From: a bacterium
Lineage (GTDB): Bacteria; Patescibacteriota; Minisyncoccia; Moranbacterales; UBA1568
Reading direction: 5' to 3'
Length of the DNA stretch: 64,000 bases
Assembly: GCA_021821305.1 (NCBI GenBank)
Contig: JAKACP010000001.1
Location: forward strand, 132,934 to 196,933
The notes under the pieces are model-generated. The model was not told the DNA's origin and did no database searches. It was given only the letters and a program-made list of their open reading frames with translations. Every line of letters starts with the position of its first letter. Position 1 is the stretch's first letter. Of the stretch, positions 54,646-64,000 are shown in pieces. Position numbers and translations under genes: made by a program.

Positions 54646-55960
54646 CGGCGAGGACGGAATCGATGAACTTCCAGGAAAGGAGGATCTCCTGGGCGTTGAG
54701 GAATGTTCCCTGGTCCTTGGCGAAGAAGTCGTGGAGCGCATTGTCGTAGGGCTCCTTGAAGGAATAGGCGTTGTCCGCGAAGGCGAAACGGAGATCGGCC
54801 GGGTAGGCGCACTTCTTTTCGGTCGAGAATTCGGAGTTGAGGCGGAGGCGGATCTCGTTTTCCGGCTGGATATTGATCCGGATGCGGTTCTCGGCGAGCG
54901 CGCAGCCGGACGCCTCCCAGAGCGTGTGCTCGGGTTTCCTGAAGGTGACGGTGATGTCGGTCGTTTTCTTCGGCATCTTCTTGCCGCTCGCTATGGTGAT
55001 GGGGATGCCGCGCCATCGGGGCGTATCGATCTCGAGACGGATGGACGCCCGGGTTTCCACGAGCGAGTCGCTCGCGACGAGCGGCTCCTTCCGATAGCCG
55101 TCGTATTGGCCGATGCTGATATTCTCGAGTTTCTCGTTTCCGAAGAGACGGAGTTTGCGGAAGATGCGGATTTTCTCATGGTGGATGTCCTCCGGATCCT
55201 GACTTTTCGGCTGATCCATGGTCGTGAACGCGAGGAGCTCGAGAGCATGATTCTGGAGCATGTCGCGGATGGCGCCGGAGCGCTCGTAGTATTCGGCGCG
55301 CTTGCGGATGCCTTCATCCTCCCAGATCTCGATCGTGATATCGCGGATGAAACGGCTGTTCCAGACAGGATCGAAGATAGGATTGGCGAAGCGGAGCGCG
55401 AAGAGGTCGCGGACCATGTCTTTGGCGAGGTAGTGGTCGAGGCGGTAGATCTGCGATTCGTCGAGGTGCCGCGCGAGGAGCGCGTTCAATTGTTTCGCCG
55501 AGGCGAGGTCGGAACCGAACGGCTTCTCGAGCGCGAGGCTCGTCGTCTTGCCGAGGAGATCGTTTCCTGCGAGACCGTCGATGATGGCCTCTATGAGTCC
55601 GTATTCCGACGGGATCGCGAGGTAGAAGAAGAGCGATTTCTTCGGCGTTCCACGGAGCGCTTCCGAGAGCGCCTTCATGCCGCCTCGGTCGTAGGTCCCG
55701 GAATAGTAGCGGAAGCAGGAAGAGAAGGTCTCGATATCTTCCGGGGTCGCCTGCGCGCGTTTCGCGGAGACAGCCTCCCGTACGAGCGTGCGGAAGTCAT
55801 CGTGCGAGAACGCCGTGCGGCCGAATCCGGTCACGCGCACGCCCTCGTCGCGCATGAAGAGGTCGAAGAGCGCGGGGTAGAGCTTTTCCTTGGCAAGATC
55901 GCCGGAGGCGCCGAAGAGGATGAGCTCCTTGTCGATATGGAGCGGGGACGGGCAGGTCAT
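54605..55960 (-). CDS. zwf: glucose-6-phosphate 1-dehydrogenase
   Basis: N-terminal FGASGDLA NADP motif; RIDHYLGKE-type (RLDHYLAKD) and EKPFG signature. Confidence 0.9.
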   Translation of the reverse strand: MTCPSPLHIDKELILFGASGDLAKEKLYPALFDLFMRDEGVRVTGFGRTAFSHDDFRTLVREAVSAKRAQATPEDIETFSSCFRYYSGTYDRGGMKALSEALRGTPKKSLFFYLAIPSEYGLIEAIIDGLAGNDLLGKTTSLALEKPFGSDLASAKQLNALLARHLDESQIYRLDHYLAKDMVRDLFALRFANPIFDPVWNSRFIRDITIEIWEDEGIRKRAEYYERSGAIRDMLQNHALELLAFTTMDQPKSQDPEDIHHEKIRIFRKLRLFGNEKLENISIGQYDGYRKEPLVASDSLVETRASIRLEIDTPRWRGIPITIASGKKMPKKTTDITVTFRKPEHTLWEASGCALAENRIRINIQPENEIRLRLNSEFSTEKKCAYPADLRFAFADNAYSFKEPYDNALHDFFAKDQGTFLNAQEILLSWKFIDSVLAVIEPKRREILEKY

Positions 55961-56124
55961 AGGGGAGTATCAAGTATAAGGTATCTTTATATTCAAAGCA
56001 TTGTACCCTAAAGCTGAAAAAAGAGGAAGTGCGAAAAAAAGTCTTTCTCCTTTAGGTTTTTTCCACTAAACTGGAGAAGAACATACGTGATACCGGATAC
56101 TTCATACTTAATGCCCCTTCAATT

Positions 56125-57648
56125 ATGCCGGCCAGAATATTTTCCGTGGCGACGGTCGGTCTCGACGGCGTGTCCGTCGAAGTGGAGCTCGACATACTCT
56201 CGCAGGGGCTTCATCACTTCACGCTCGTCGGATTGCCCGACGCATCGGTCAAGGAATCCCGCGATCGTGTCAGCTCGGCGATCAAGAACAGCGGATTCAG
56301 ACCCCCGCATCAGAGCGGCCGCATCACCGCCAATCTCGCGCCGGCCGACCTCCCCAAGAACAGTCCGGTCTACGATCTCCCGATGGCGCTCGGCTACCTT
56401 CTCGCGACGGAACAGATGCATTTCGACCCGAAGGGAAAGCTCTTCCTCGGGGAATTGGCGCTCGACGGGAAGATGCGCCGGGTCAATGGCGTCCTATCCG
56501 CGGCGTTCTTCGCCAAGGAATCCGGCGCGAAGGAACTCTACGTGCCGGAGGAGAATGCCGATGAAGCGGCGCTCATCCCCGGCGTGACGGTCTATCCGGT
56601 GCGCGACCTCCTCTCCATCGTGAAACATCTGACCCGGACGGAACCGATCGGGGAATGGCGGGCGGATCCGTCCGCGCAGGCGGACGAGGAGGACTATCCT
56701 TTCGATATGGCGGAAGTCCGCGGACAGGAGCACGCCAAGCGCGCGCTCGAGATCGCCGCGGCCGGCGGCCACAACAGTATCCTCGTCGGACCGCCCGGTT
56801 CCGGGAAGACGCTCCTCGCCCGGGCGCTCCCGTCCATACTTCCGAAGCTCTCGTTCGAGGAGAGTCTCGAGGTGACCAAGATCTTTTCCGTCGCAGGGAA
56901 ACTTCCCGGCGACAGATCGCTCGTGCGGACCAGGCCGTTCCGTTCCCCGCATCACAGCGCGTCGGCGATATCGCTCGTCGGCGGGGGAAGCCTGCCGAAG
57001 CCGGGCGAGGTCAGTCTCGCGCATCGCGGCGTGCTCTTCCTCGACGAGTTCGCCGAATTCCCCAAATCGGTACTCGAGAATCTCCGTCAGCCGCTCGAGG
57101 ACGGATTCGTGACGGTATCGAGGATAAAAGGCAGCAACTCGTTTCCGGCGCGGTTTTCGCTCGTCGCGGCGATGAATCCCTGCCCATGCGGCTACGCGGG
57201 CGACCCGGAGCGCATGTGCTCATGCGCGCCGTTCCAGGCGTCGCGGTATCGCGAGCGCGTGTCCGGTCCGATACTCGACCGGATCGATCTGCAGGTGGAG
57301 GTGCCGCGCATCAGGATCGAGAAGCTCGAGGAGACGGAGCGCGGCGAGCCGAGCGCGGATATCCGCGAGCGGGTGGAACGGGCGCGGGCGGTACAATCCG
57401 CGCGCTTCGAGGGTACCGACGCCCGGACCAACAGCGAGATGGGGCCGGACGCGATACGCAGGCACTGCGCGCTCGACGAGGCGTCGAAGGAGCTCCTCCG
57501 CGGCGCGGTGTCGCGCCTTAAGCTTTCCGCGCGTAGTTACCATCGCATACTCAAGGTCTCGCGCACGATCGCCGATCTCGCGGGAGCCGAGGCCATCCTC
57601 GCTCCGCACATCGCCGAAGCGTTGCAATACCGGTTCAAGAGCGAATGA
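56125..57648 (+). CDS. comM: Mg-chelatase-like AAA+ ATPase YifB/ComM
   Basis: N-terminal Lon-like domain; Walker A GPPGSGKT; C-terminal Mg_chelatase_C region. Confidence 0.9.
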   Translation: MPARIFSVATVGLDGVSVEVELDILSQGLHHFTLVGLPDASVKESRDRVSSAIKNSGFRPPHQSGRITANLAPADLPKNSPVYDLPMALGYLLATEQMHFDPKGKLFLGELALDGKMRRVNGVLSAAFFAKESGAKELYVPEENADEAALIPGVTVYPVRDLLSIVKHLTRTEPIGEWRADPSAQADEEDYPFDMAEVRGQEHAKRALEIAAAGGHNSILVGPPGSGKTLLARALPSILPKLSFEESLEVTKIFSVAGKLPGDRSLVRTRPFRSPHHSASAISLVGGGSLPKPGEVSLAHRGVLFLDEFAEFPKSVLENLRQPLEDGFVTVSRIKGSNSFPARFSLVAAMNPCPCGYAGDPERMCSCAPFQASRYRERVSGPILDRIDLQVEVPRIRIEKLEETERGEPSADIRERVERARAVQSARFEGTDARTNSEMGPDAIRRHCALDEASKELLRGAVSRLKLSARSYHRILKVSRTIADLAGAEAILAPHIAEALQYRFKSE

Positions 57649-57713
57649 CGCCCCTTCCCCAAACAGAGCCGAAGTCGTATAATTGAAACCCCAATTCCCA
57701 TGGTCGCCATCCC

Positions 57714-58646
57714 ATGAAGAAAGCCTTATTCATCATCATCGCCCCTATCGGATCGTATCTCATCTTCTCCGGGACCGGGGAGGAGAGAACCTTCGAAACC
57801 GGTGGGCCGAAAGACGTGACCGTCTCGATCGACGGTTCAGCCGTCCCGTTTTCCGGTGCGAGTTCGGGCACGGTGGGCGATCTGCTCGGGGAACTGCGTT
57901 CCGGGACGATGGAAGGGGACAGGGTCTTCCCCGCGCGCGACGTGCGGCTCTCATCCGGCATGACGGTATTCGTGGAGCGCGAGAAGAAAGTCGCGATCAA
58001 GGTCGACGGCGGAACGAAAGACGTCGTGACGCACGCGCGGACGGTGGAGGAGGCGCTCGATGAGGCGGGAGTCGCCACCGAGGAGGATGATATCGTGAAG
58101 CCCGCACGCGGAGCCCGGCTTGATCCGGAGACGGACATCACCGTCACGCGCGTGGAGATCCGCGAGGAGACGGTCGAGAAAAAGATCGCGTTCGACACGG
58201 AGGAGACGGAGGACGATGAGCTCTCGTGGCGCAAGCGCGTCGTGACCCGAAAGGGCGAGAACGGGGTCCGCACCTACCGATACCGCGTGAGCTATCATGA
58301 CGGCGAGGAGGTGGGGCGGAAACTCCTCGGCAGCGAAGTGACCCGCGAGCCGGTCACGGAAATCGTGACCCAGGGCACGTACGTGAAGACGGGAAAATCG
58401 CATCGGGGCGCCGCGTCGTGGTATGCTCATACCGGTACGATGGCGGCGGCCAACCCGTGGCTTCCGATGGGATCGTACGTGAAGGTGACGAACATGGACA
58501 ACGGAAAATCGGTTATCGTGAAGATCAACGACCGCGGGCCGTTCGTCCCGGGGCGCATCATCGATCTCGATCGGGTCGCCTTCGCGGAAATCGCCTCGGT
58601 GGGCGCGGGCGTCATCAACGTGAAGATGGAGGAAGTCGTGAATTGA
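57714..58646 (+). CDS. cell-wall-binding protein with DUF348/G5 domains and C-terminal RlpA-like double-psi beta-barrel
   Basis: Signal/TM anchor; G5 region (VEKKIAFDTEETEDDELSWRKRVVTRKGENG); DPBB (ASWYAHTGTMAAANPWLPMGSYVKVTNMDNGKSVIVKINDRGPF). Confidence 0.7.
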   Translation: MKKALFIIIAPIGSYLIFSGTGEERTFETGGPKDVTVSIDGSAVPFSGASSGTVGDLLGELRSGTMEGDRVFPARDVRLSSGMTVFVEREKKVAIKVDGGTKDVVTHARTVEEALDEAGVATEEDDIVKPARGARLDPETDITVTRVEIREETVEKKIAFDTEETEDDELSWRKRVVTRKGENGVRTYRYRVSYHDGEEVGRKLLGSEVTREPVTEIVTQGTYVKTGKSHRGAASWYAHTGTMAAANPWLPMGSYVKVTNMDNGKSVIVKINDRGPFVPGRIIDLDRVAFAEIASVGAGVINVKMEEVVN

Positions 58647-58649
58647 TAT

Positions 58650-59459
58650 ATGGAAAAAGTGAAACCGAAAAAATCCCTGGGACAGAACTTCCTCCGCGAC
58701 GGCGCGATCGTCGAGGGGATCCTTCGCGTCGCAGATGTCCATACGGATGACCGGGTCCTCGAGATCGGTCCCGGCGATGGGGCGCTGACCGCACCGCTCC
58801 TCGCTCGCGGCGCGAGGGTGACGGCGATCGAGCTCGATCACGAACTCGTCGAGCGCCTCACCGATCGTTTCCTGGATTCCGACGGACTCTCGCTCCTCGA
58901 GGGGAATATCCTCGATCTTGACATGAACCAGTACCTCTCGGAGTCCGCCCTCGAGGACGGGAAGTACAAGGTGGTCGCGAACATACCCTATTACATCACC
59001 GCTCCGATCATCCGGCTTCTCCTGTCTCTTTCCGTCCGTCCGGAACGGATCGTGCTCATGGTACAGAACGAGGTGGCGAAACGGCTCGCCGCGGCGCCCG
59101 GTGATATGAGCATCCTCTCGGTGATGGCGCAGTACTACGCCGATGTCCGGATAGAGATCTTCGTCCCGAAGACGTCGTTTTTTCCGGTGCCGAAAGTCGA
59201 CAGTGCGGTGGTGGAGCTTCGTCCGAAACGGCGCTTTTCACAGGAAGGTGATCGGAAGATCTTCCGTGTCGTCCGTGCCGGATTCGCCGCACGCCGCAAG
59301 ACGCTCGCGAACAACCTCTCCTCGAGTTTCCGTATCCCGCGCGAGGAGATCACGGCGATGTTCGTCGGAATCGGTCTCGGCGCATCGGTACGGGCGCAGG
59401 AGCTTTCGGTGGAGGATTGGGAGAAACTCGCGGATATGATCGCCGCCCGGCCGGAGTGA
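58650..59459 (+). CDS. rsmA: 16S rRNA (adenine1518/1519-N6)-dimethyltransferase
   Basis: LGQNFL motif, SAM-binding EIGPGDGALT, NIPYYIT. Confidence 0.9.
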   Translation: MEKVKPKKSLGQNFLRDGAIVEGILRVADVHTDDRVLEIGPGDGALTAPLLARGARVTAIELDHELVERLTDRFLDSDGLSLLEGNILDLDMNQYLSESALEDGKYKVVANIPYYITAPIIRLLLSLSVRPERIVLMVQNEVAKRLAAAPGDMSILSVMAQYYADVRIEIFVPKTSFFPVPKVDSAVVELRPKRRFSQEGDRKIFRVVRAGFAARRKTLANNLSSSFRIPREEITAMFVGIGLGASVRAQELSVEDWEKLADMIAARPE

Positions 59460-59526
59460 GGAAGTATGATGCCGAAAGGAAAAGAGCGCCCCGGAAGGAG
59501 CGCTCTTTCGTGTCCGCGAGGACGGG

Positions 59527-61197
59527 CTATCGGAGGAGAATGGCGGCGACCGATATGCCGTAGAGGGTGGCGAAGAGCATGTTCCACCCCGAGAGCGTCC
59601 GGAATGTCCCCCAGGCCTTCTCGCTCCGCTGGGCGCGATTGATGCTCCAGAAAGCGAGGCCGCCGAAGAGCACGGCCGGGACGATGAGGTCGGCCTCGCG
59701 GAAGACGACGGGACTCGCCGCATAGCAGAGGAAGAGCGCCGTGCCGACGACGAGGCGCGCTTTTTCTTCCCCGAGTATCACCGGTATCGTGTGGACGCCG
59801 TCGGCGCGGTCGCCCGCGATGTCCTTGAAGTCCTTGAGCGGGAGCGTCACGGCGTAGGCCACGAAGAGGAAAGCGAGTATCGGAAACGGGACCGCACCGA
59901 GGTCGGCTTCCGGAGCGAGGACGGAATACCCGGTGATGAGTACGGCCATGCCGGCGAGCGCCGCGAGGACGGTCGCGAGTATCGGGATCCGCTTGAGCCG
60001 CAGGGGCGGCATGGAGTAGACCCATGCGAGGCCGTGATAGGCGAGAATGAGAAGCATCGCCTTGAAGCTGACGATGGCCGAGAAGAGGAGTGACACGGCG
60101 AAGAACGCCCAGCCGATCTCGGCGTACCGTCGCGGCGGGATGTCGCCGGTCGGGAGCGGGCGCTTCGGATTCGTAGCTTCGTCGATCGCACGGTCGGCGA
60201 GGTCGTTTCCCACCACGGAGGCGAACCAGGCGCTTTCGATCGCCATCACCAGGAGCAGTATCGAGAGCACTTCGAAGAAGTGGAAATCCGGTCTCGCTCC
60301 GGCGAAGATCATCGCGAGCGCGCCGCCGAGGAAGAGGAGTCCGCCATGCCATACGACTTGCGGGAAGCGGCTGTTCCACAGGAGGGCGAGAAAGGTTCCT
60401 TTCGACATGCGGTAGAGGAGCGCTCCGACGCCGAGCGCCGAGAGGATCGCATAGACGATGCTGAGCCGTGAGCCGAGCGACATACGCGGGTCGACGATGT
60501 CCTGGCCGAACAGCTTGCTCGGGGCGAGCATCGTACCGACGACGTCGAACTCCGTGACGGCGAAGAATCCTTTCTCCATGCCGAGCATGAGAATGGCGAT
60601 GTATGACGGGAAGGTGCCGAGGACGAAGAAGGTCGCATAGGTGAGGAGCGCGACACCGAGCGCTTTCAGGAGATTCCGGGAGCGGAAAAACGCGTAGCCC
60701 CCGAGCGCGGCCGTCATGAGCGCGACCTCGACGCGGACGCCGTAGGTGATCCCCATGTTGGGCGTATCATCGAAAAAGGTGAAGAACTGGCTCATGAGTC
60801 CCCGGAGGCTGTCGAGTTCATAGAAACTCCAGAACCGCTCGCCCTGGAAGACGAGCACGTCTATCAAGGGCGGGGTCCAGATGATGAGAAAGCCGAAGAG
60901 GAGGAGATTGGCGGCGCGGGACCATGAGTCGGCTCCGGCGATCCGGACGATCGGCATGAAGAGGAGAAACGCGAAAAGGAAGAAGAGAAAGGTGTGGGAG
61001 AACTCGAAGAACATGTAGTGGAGGGATTCCGTCTCGTACGCGCTCGTTCCGCCCTCGATGAAGAGTCGGACGAGGATGATGCCGAGGAACGCGAGGATAA
61101 AGGTCGAAAGGCTGAGCGGAGCCGTCTCGATAGCTTCGACCATTCTCCTCATTCCGTGGGCGGCGGTCTTCCATGCGGACCGGATTCTTCGTGGCAT
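59527..61197 (-). CDS. UbiA-family prenyltransferase with ~280-aa N-terminal polytopic membrane extension
   Basis: C-terminal half carries NDLADRAIDEATNPKRPLPTGDI (first Asp-rich motif) and KDFKDIAGDRADGVHTIPV (second). N-terminal half is 7-8 additional TM helices of unknown function. Confidence 0.7.
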   Translation of the reverse strand: MPRRIRSAWKTAAHGMRRMVEAIETAPLSLSTFILAFLGIILVRLFIEGGTSAYETESLHYMFFEFSHTFLFFLFAFLLFMPIVRIAGADSWSRAANLLLFGFLIIWTPPLIDVLVFQGERFWSFYELDSLRGLMSQFFTFFDDTPNMGITYGVRVEVALMTAALGGYAFFRSRNLLKALGVALLTYATFFVLGTFPSYIAILMLGMEKGFFAVTEFDVVGTMLAPSKLFGQDIVDPRMSLGSRLSIVYAILSALGVGALLYRMSKGTFLALLWNSRFPQVVWHGGLLFLGGALAMIFAGARPDFHFFEVLSILLLVMAIESAWFASVVGNDLADRAIDEATNPKRPLPTGDIPPRRYAEIGWAFFAVSLLFSAIVSFKAMLLILAYHGLAWVYSMPPLRLKRIPILATVLAALAGMAVLITGYSVLAPEADLGAVPFPILAFLFVAYAVTLPLKDFKDIAGDRADGVHTIPVILGEEKARLVVGTALFLCYAASPVVFREADLIVPAVLFGGLAFWSINRAQRSEKAWGTFRTLSGWNMLFATLYGISVAAILLR

Positions 61198-61309
61198 AGG
61201 CGTTATTCTAGTGGTTGTTTTTCCATTATAGCGTGTTTTTCGGCATTTGCCTCAAGGGTGCTTTTTTGCTATTCTTCGGTGACGGAAAGTAATATTTGAG
61301 ACCATATCT

Positions 61310-61858
61310 ATGTTGATACCGATCATCATCCTGGGAGCCGTCGTACTCGTCGCCGGCATATTCATGTACAACCAGCTCGTGACGCTCAAGAACCGCACGG
61401 ACGAGTCGTGGAGCGACATCGACGTACAGCTCAAGCGCCGGTACGACCTCATCCCGAACCTCGTGAACACCGTCAAAGGATATGCGACGCACGAGAGCGA
61501 GGTGCTCCAGAAAGTGACGGAAGCCCGTTCGCAGGCGATGCAGGCGGGGACGGCCGGCGGCAGGGCTCAGGCCGAGAACATGCTCTCCGACGCGCTCAAG
61601 AGTCTCTTCGCGGTTTCGGAAAACTATCCCGATCTCAAGGCGAACACGAACTTTCTCGAGCTCCAGCGCGAGCTGTCCGATACCGAGAACAAGATCCAGG
61701 CGGCGCGCCGGTTCTACAACGCCAATGTCCGTGATTTCAACACCAAGATCGAATCCTTCCCGAACAACGTGATCGCGGGGATATTCACCTTCGGCAAGCG
61801 CGAATTCTTCGAGCTCGAGGAGGGTGCGGCCAAAGAGCCGGTCGCGGTACAATTTTAG
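61310..61858 (+). CDS. lemA: LemA family protein
   Basis: N-terminal TM plus QLKRRYDLIPNLVNTVKGYATHE...ENYPDLKANTNFLELQREL is the LemA signature. Confidence 0.85.
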   Translation: MLIPIIILGAVVLVAGIFMYNQLVTLKNRTDESWSDIDVQLKRRYDLIPNLVNTVKGYATHESEVLQKVTEARSQAMQAGTAGGRAQAENMLSDALKSLFAVSENYPDLKANTNFLELQRELSDTENKIQAARRFYNANVRDFNTKIESFPNNVIAGIFTFGKREFFELEEGAAKEPVAVQF

Positions 61859-61933
61859 CCTCAGGAAAACCATCAGGAATCACGGAGCACGGAAAGAGAA
61901 GAGAGGGCCTTCCTGATTCTCTATCCGATACCC

Positions 61934-62845
61934 GTGATTCCTTTATTTCTTATGACGCTCTACACGCATTACGACAAGAACGTACGATTGACGTGGGTAT
62001 ACCTCACGGGTTTCCTCGTGCTCGTGATCGGGGCGGGGTATGTCTTCTCCGAGGCGCTGGGTCAGCGGTGGATCCTTCCGGTGGCGGTCGGTTTCTCGAC
62101 TCTGATGAGCGTCGGCTCATACTGGTGGAGCGACCGCATCGTGCTGTCGATGAGCGGCGCGAAACCGGTCGAGTTCGAGACGGACAAGGAGCTCTACCGC
62201 GTCGTCGAGAACCTCGCCATCACCGCGGGACTGCCGACCCCGAAAATATATACCATCGATGACACCGCGATGAACGCGTTCGCGACCGGGCGCGATCCGG
62301 AACACGGCGTCATCTGCTTCACGACCGGACTCCTCTCACGGCTCGACCGTTCCGAGGTCGAGGCGGTCGCCGCACACGAGCTCTCACATATCGGCAACCG
62401 CGATACGCTCGTCTCGACCGTCGTCGTCGTGCTCGTGGGCCTCGTCGCGCTGCTCGCGGACTGGTTCCGGCATGCGGCGTTCTACGGATTCGGCGGACGG
62501 GACGACAACCGCAACACCCATCCGGCGATGATCGTAGCCGCCCTCGTCCTCTCGCTCCTCGCGCCGATATTCGCGATGCTTATCCAGCTCGCGATCTCGC
62601 GGAAACGCGAATTCCTCGCCGACGCGTCCGGAGCGCTCCTCACCCGGTATCCGGAGGCGCTCGCCTCGGCGCTCGAGAAGATTTCCGGCGACACGGAGCC
62701 CTTGGAGGCGGCGAACCGGGCGACGGCACATCTCTACATCTCGAACCCGTTCAAGGGGAAGAATATCTCCAAGCTTTTCATGACCCACCCGCCGATGGAG
62801 GAGCGCGTCGCGGCGCTCCGCGGAACCGATGTCGGAGGGAAATAG
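61934..62845 (+). CDS. htpX: HtpX-like M48 zinc metalloprotease
   Basis: HELSHI (HExxH) within four-TM M48 topology; conserved lemA-htpX pairing. Confidence 0.85.
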   Translation: MIPLFLMTLYTHYDKNVRLTWVYLTGFLVLVIGAGYVFSEALGQRWILPVAVGFSTLMSVGSYWWSDRIVLSMSGAKPVEFETDKELYRVVENLAITAGLPTPKIYTIDDTAMNAFATGRDPEHGVICFTTGLLSRLDRSEVEAVAAHELSHIGNRDTLVSTVVVVLVGLVALLADWFRHAAFYGFGGRDDNRNTHPAMIVAALVLSLLAPIFAMLIQLAISRKREFLADASGALLTRYPEALASALEKISGDTEPLEAANRATAHLYISNPFKGKNISKLFMTHPPMEERVAALRGTDVGGK

Positions 62846-62848
62846 CGT

Positions 62849-63280
62849 ATGCCGTCCCCGTACCAGGAATTTCTCGAGAAGGCCCGGGCGCGGTTCCATG
62901 CCAACCGGGAGAAAAAGCGCTCCGGCAACTTCGTCCTGACGCGGCATGCGGAGTTCAAGATGCGCCAGTACGCGCTCTCCGAACAGAAGGTGCGCGGCGT
63001 CATCCGCAATCCGCGTCGCATCGAGGAAGGTATCGCCAAGGATACGGTCGCGGTCATGCAGCCCGTGTCACCGAAGCGCGACGCGAAGGGTGTCGAGACC
63101 TGGAAGCAGGAAATCTGGGTGATGTTCCAGAAGAAGGCGAACAAAAACGACCTGCCGGGAGCGATCGGACGCGTGAGGATAATCAGCGCGTGGCGGTACC
63201 CGGGCGTGAGCCCGAAAAGAAACCCGATACCGGACGATATCCTTCTGGAACTTGAGAGGGAGGATATCTTGGAAGAGTGA
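62849..63280 (+). CDS. hypothetical basic protein
   Basis: 143 aa, Lys/Arg-rich, no recognised motif; 4 nt after the htpX stop. Confidence 0.45.
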   Translation: MPSPYQEFLEKARARFHANREKKRSGNFVLTRHAEFKMRQYALSEQKVRGVIRNPRRIEEGIAKDTVAVMQPVSPKRDAKGVETWKQEIWVMFQKKANKNDLPGAIGRVRIISAWRYPGVSPKRNPIPDDILLELEREDILEE

Positions 63281-63372
63281 TGGAGGCTTGTCCGCCTTTG
63301 GCGGAAGATTTTGCGGGAACTCGAGGAAGGGAGTATCATGGAGGAGGAGTTTAACGAGTAATACATACGAAT

Positions 63373-63783
63373 ATGTCGGAAGACATGCAGTCGGTTCCGG
63401 CTCCGGAAGAGCCGAAGATGGAAGCCCCGGTCCAGCCGGTGGCCCCCGCCCCGGAAGCGCCGAAGGCGGACATGTCCGATGTCGAGCAGAACAAGGTCAT
63501 GGCGATCGTGGGGTACATCATCCCGCTCCTGTTCTTCGTACCGATGCTGGCGGAGAAGAAGAGTCCGTTCGGGATGTTCCACGCGAACCAGCAGCTCGCG
63601 CTGCTCATAACGGCGATTCTCGTGCAGATCGTCGGGACCGTCATCCCGATTCTCGGGTGGTTCATCATCCTTCCCCTCGGTATGATCGCGGTGATCGTGT
63701 TCGCGATCATGGGCATCATCAACTCGGCGAAGGGCGAGATGAAACCGCTCCCGTTGATCGGAGGGTTCTCGATCATCAAGTAG
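63373..63783 (+). CDS. DUF4870/TM2-like small membrane protein
   Basis: AIVGYIIPLLFFVPMLAEKKSPFGMFHANQQLALLI matches the DUF4870 core; N-terminal Pro/Ala-rich tail. Confidence 0.6.
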   Translation: MSEDMQSVPAPEEPKMEAPVQPVAPAPEAPKADMSDVEQNKVMAIVGYIIPLLFFVPMLAEKKSPFGMFHANQQLALLITAILVQIVGTVIPILGWFIILPLGMIAVIVFAIMGIINSAKGEMKPLPLIGGFSIIK

Positions 63784-63897
63784 TCTGTCACGAAGTCGTT
63801 CGCATCGGAGCTCCGGCACATGCCGGAGCTTTTTCGTTTGACTCATGTGTCGGAGTGGTGTAGACAGGAGACAGTTCCTTTTGGAAGGAGAACGTGA

Positions 63898-64000
63898 TGA
63901 ACAAGTTCCGGATTGATTTGTTTCTGTTCGCATCGGTGGCCGCCCTCGTTCTGGTCGCCGTTCCCGGGGAGGAGAAGAAGCCACCTCCTCCTCCGACGAA
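63898..64000 (+). CDS. secreted hypothetical protein, N-terminal fragment (runs off window)
   Basis: MNKFRIDLFLFASVAALVLVAVPGEEKKPPPPPT...: signal peptide then Pro-rich segment; 3' end outside window. Confidence 0.3.

Noticed and set aside
54731-56011. 426-aa ORF on the plus strand
   Set aside because: Antisense to zwf.

Overview
High-GC (~60%) bacterial chromosomal segment with a reduced-genome look, compatible with a Patescibacteria/CPR-like lineage (inference): short intergenic gaps, many small secreted proteins, tRNA genes mostly without an encoded CCA. The window holds the replication-origin neighbourhood, with rpmH-rnpA-yidC-jag diverging from dnaA-dnaN plus a DUF721/DciA-like gene, and DnaA boxes in both flanking intergenic regions. 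Recombination genes are ruvB (5' partial), yebC and ruvC. Other recognisable content: a class A PBP; a surface-polysaccharide locus (Wzx flippase, two GT2 transferases, two Wzy/O-antigen-ligase-like paralogues); nrdAB; prx-sod; rluD-like, rplS; two tRNA clusters (Leu, Val, Phe, Ile2/Met, Gly, Cys, Leu on +; Arg, Ala, Val on -); an HNH endonuclease inserted between tRNA-Cys and tRNA-Leu; a dCTP-deaminase-like gene, family-4 UDG, nrnA, rbfA; ftsH-tilS-gmk-rpsA; gyrA; rpsO-NYN-pnp; yraN, lspA, zwf, comM/yifB, rsmA, a UbiA-prenyltransferase fusion, lemA-htpX. The most unusual elements follow. (1) A ~650-bp AT-rich intergenic region carries 12 perfect copies of the 16-bp palindrome TGTTCCACGTGGAACA, a symmetric parS-like site, followed by a consensus sigma70 promoter and two secreted-protein genes. 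(2) A compact cassette of a 7TM protein, a RimK-like ATP-grasp fused to a retropepsin-like (DTG) protease, and a second ATP-grasp: an amidoligase/peptide-tagging-type system. (3) Two tRNA-Val genes are each preceded by a tRNA 5' fragment interrupted in the D-loop by a GC-rich palindromic element, with direct repeats flanking one of them. (4) A ~1-kb hairpin-rich non-coding region lies between a consensus promoter and a weak terminator, with no credible ORF. (5) A 52-nt three-way-junction element with compensatory base changes occurs at two loci. Several long ORFs in the six-frame track are antisense artefacts of high GC and are rejected.
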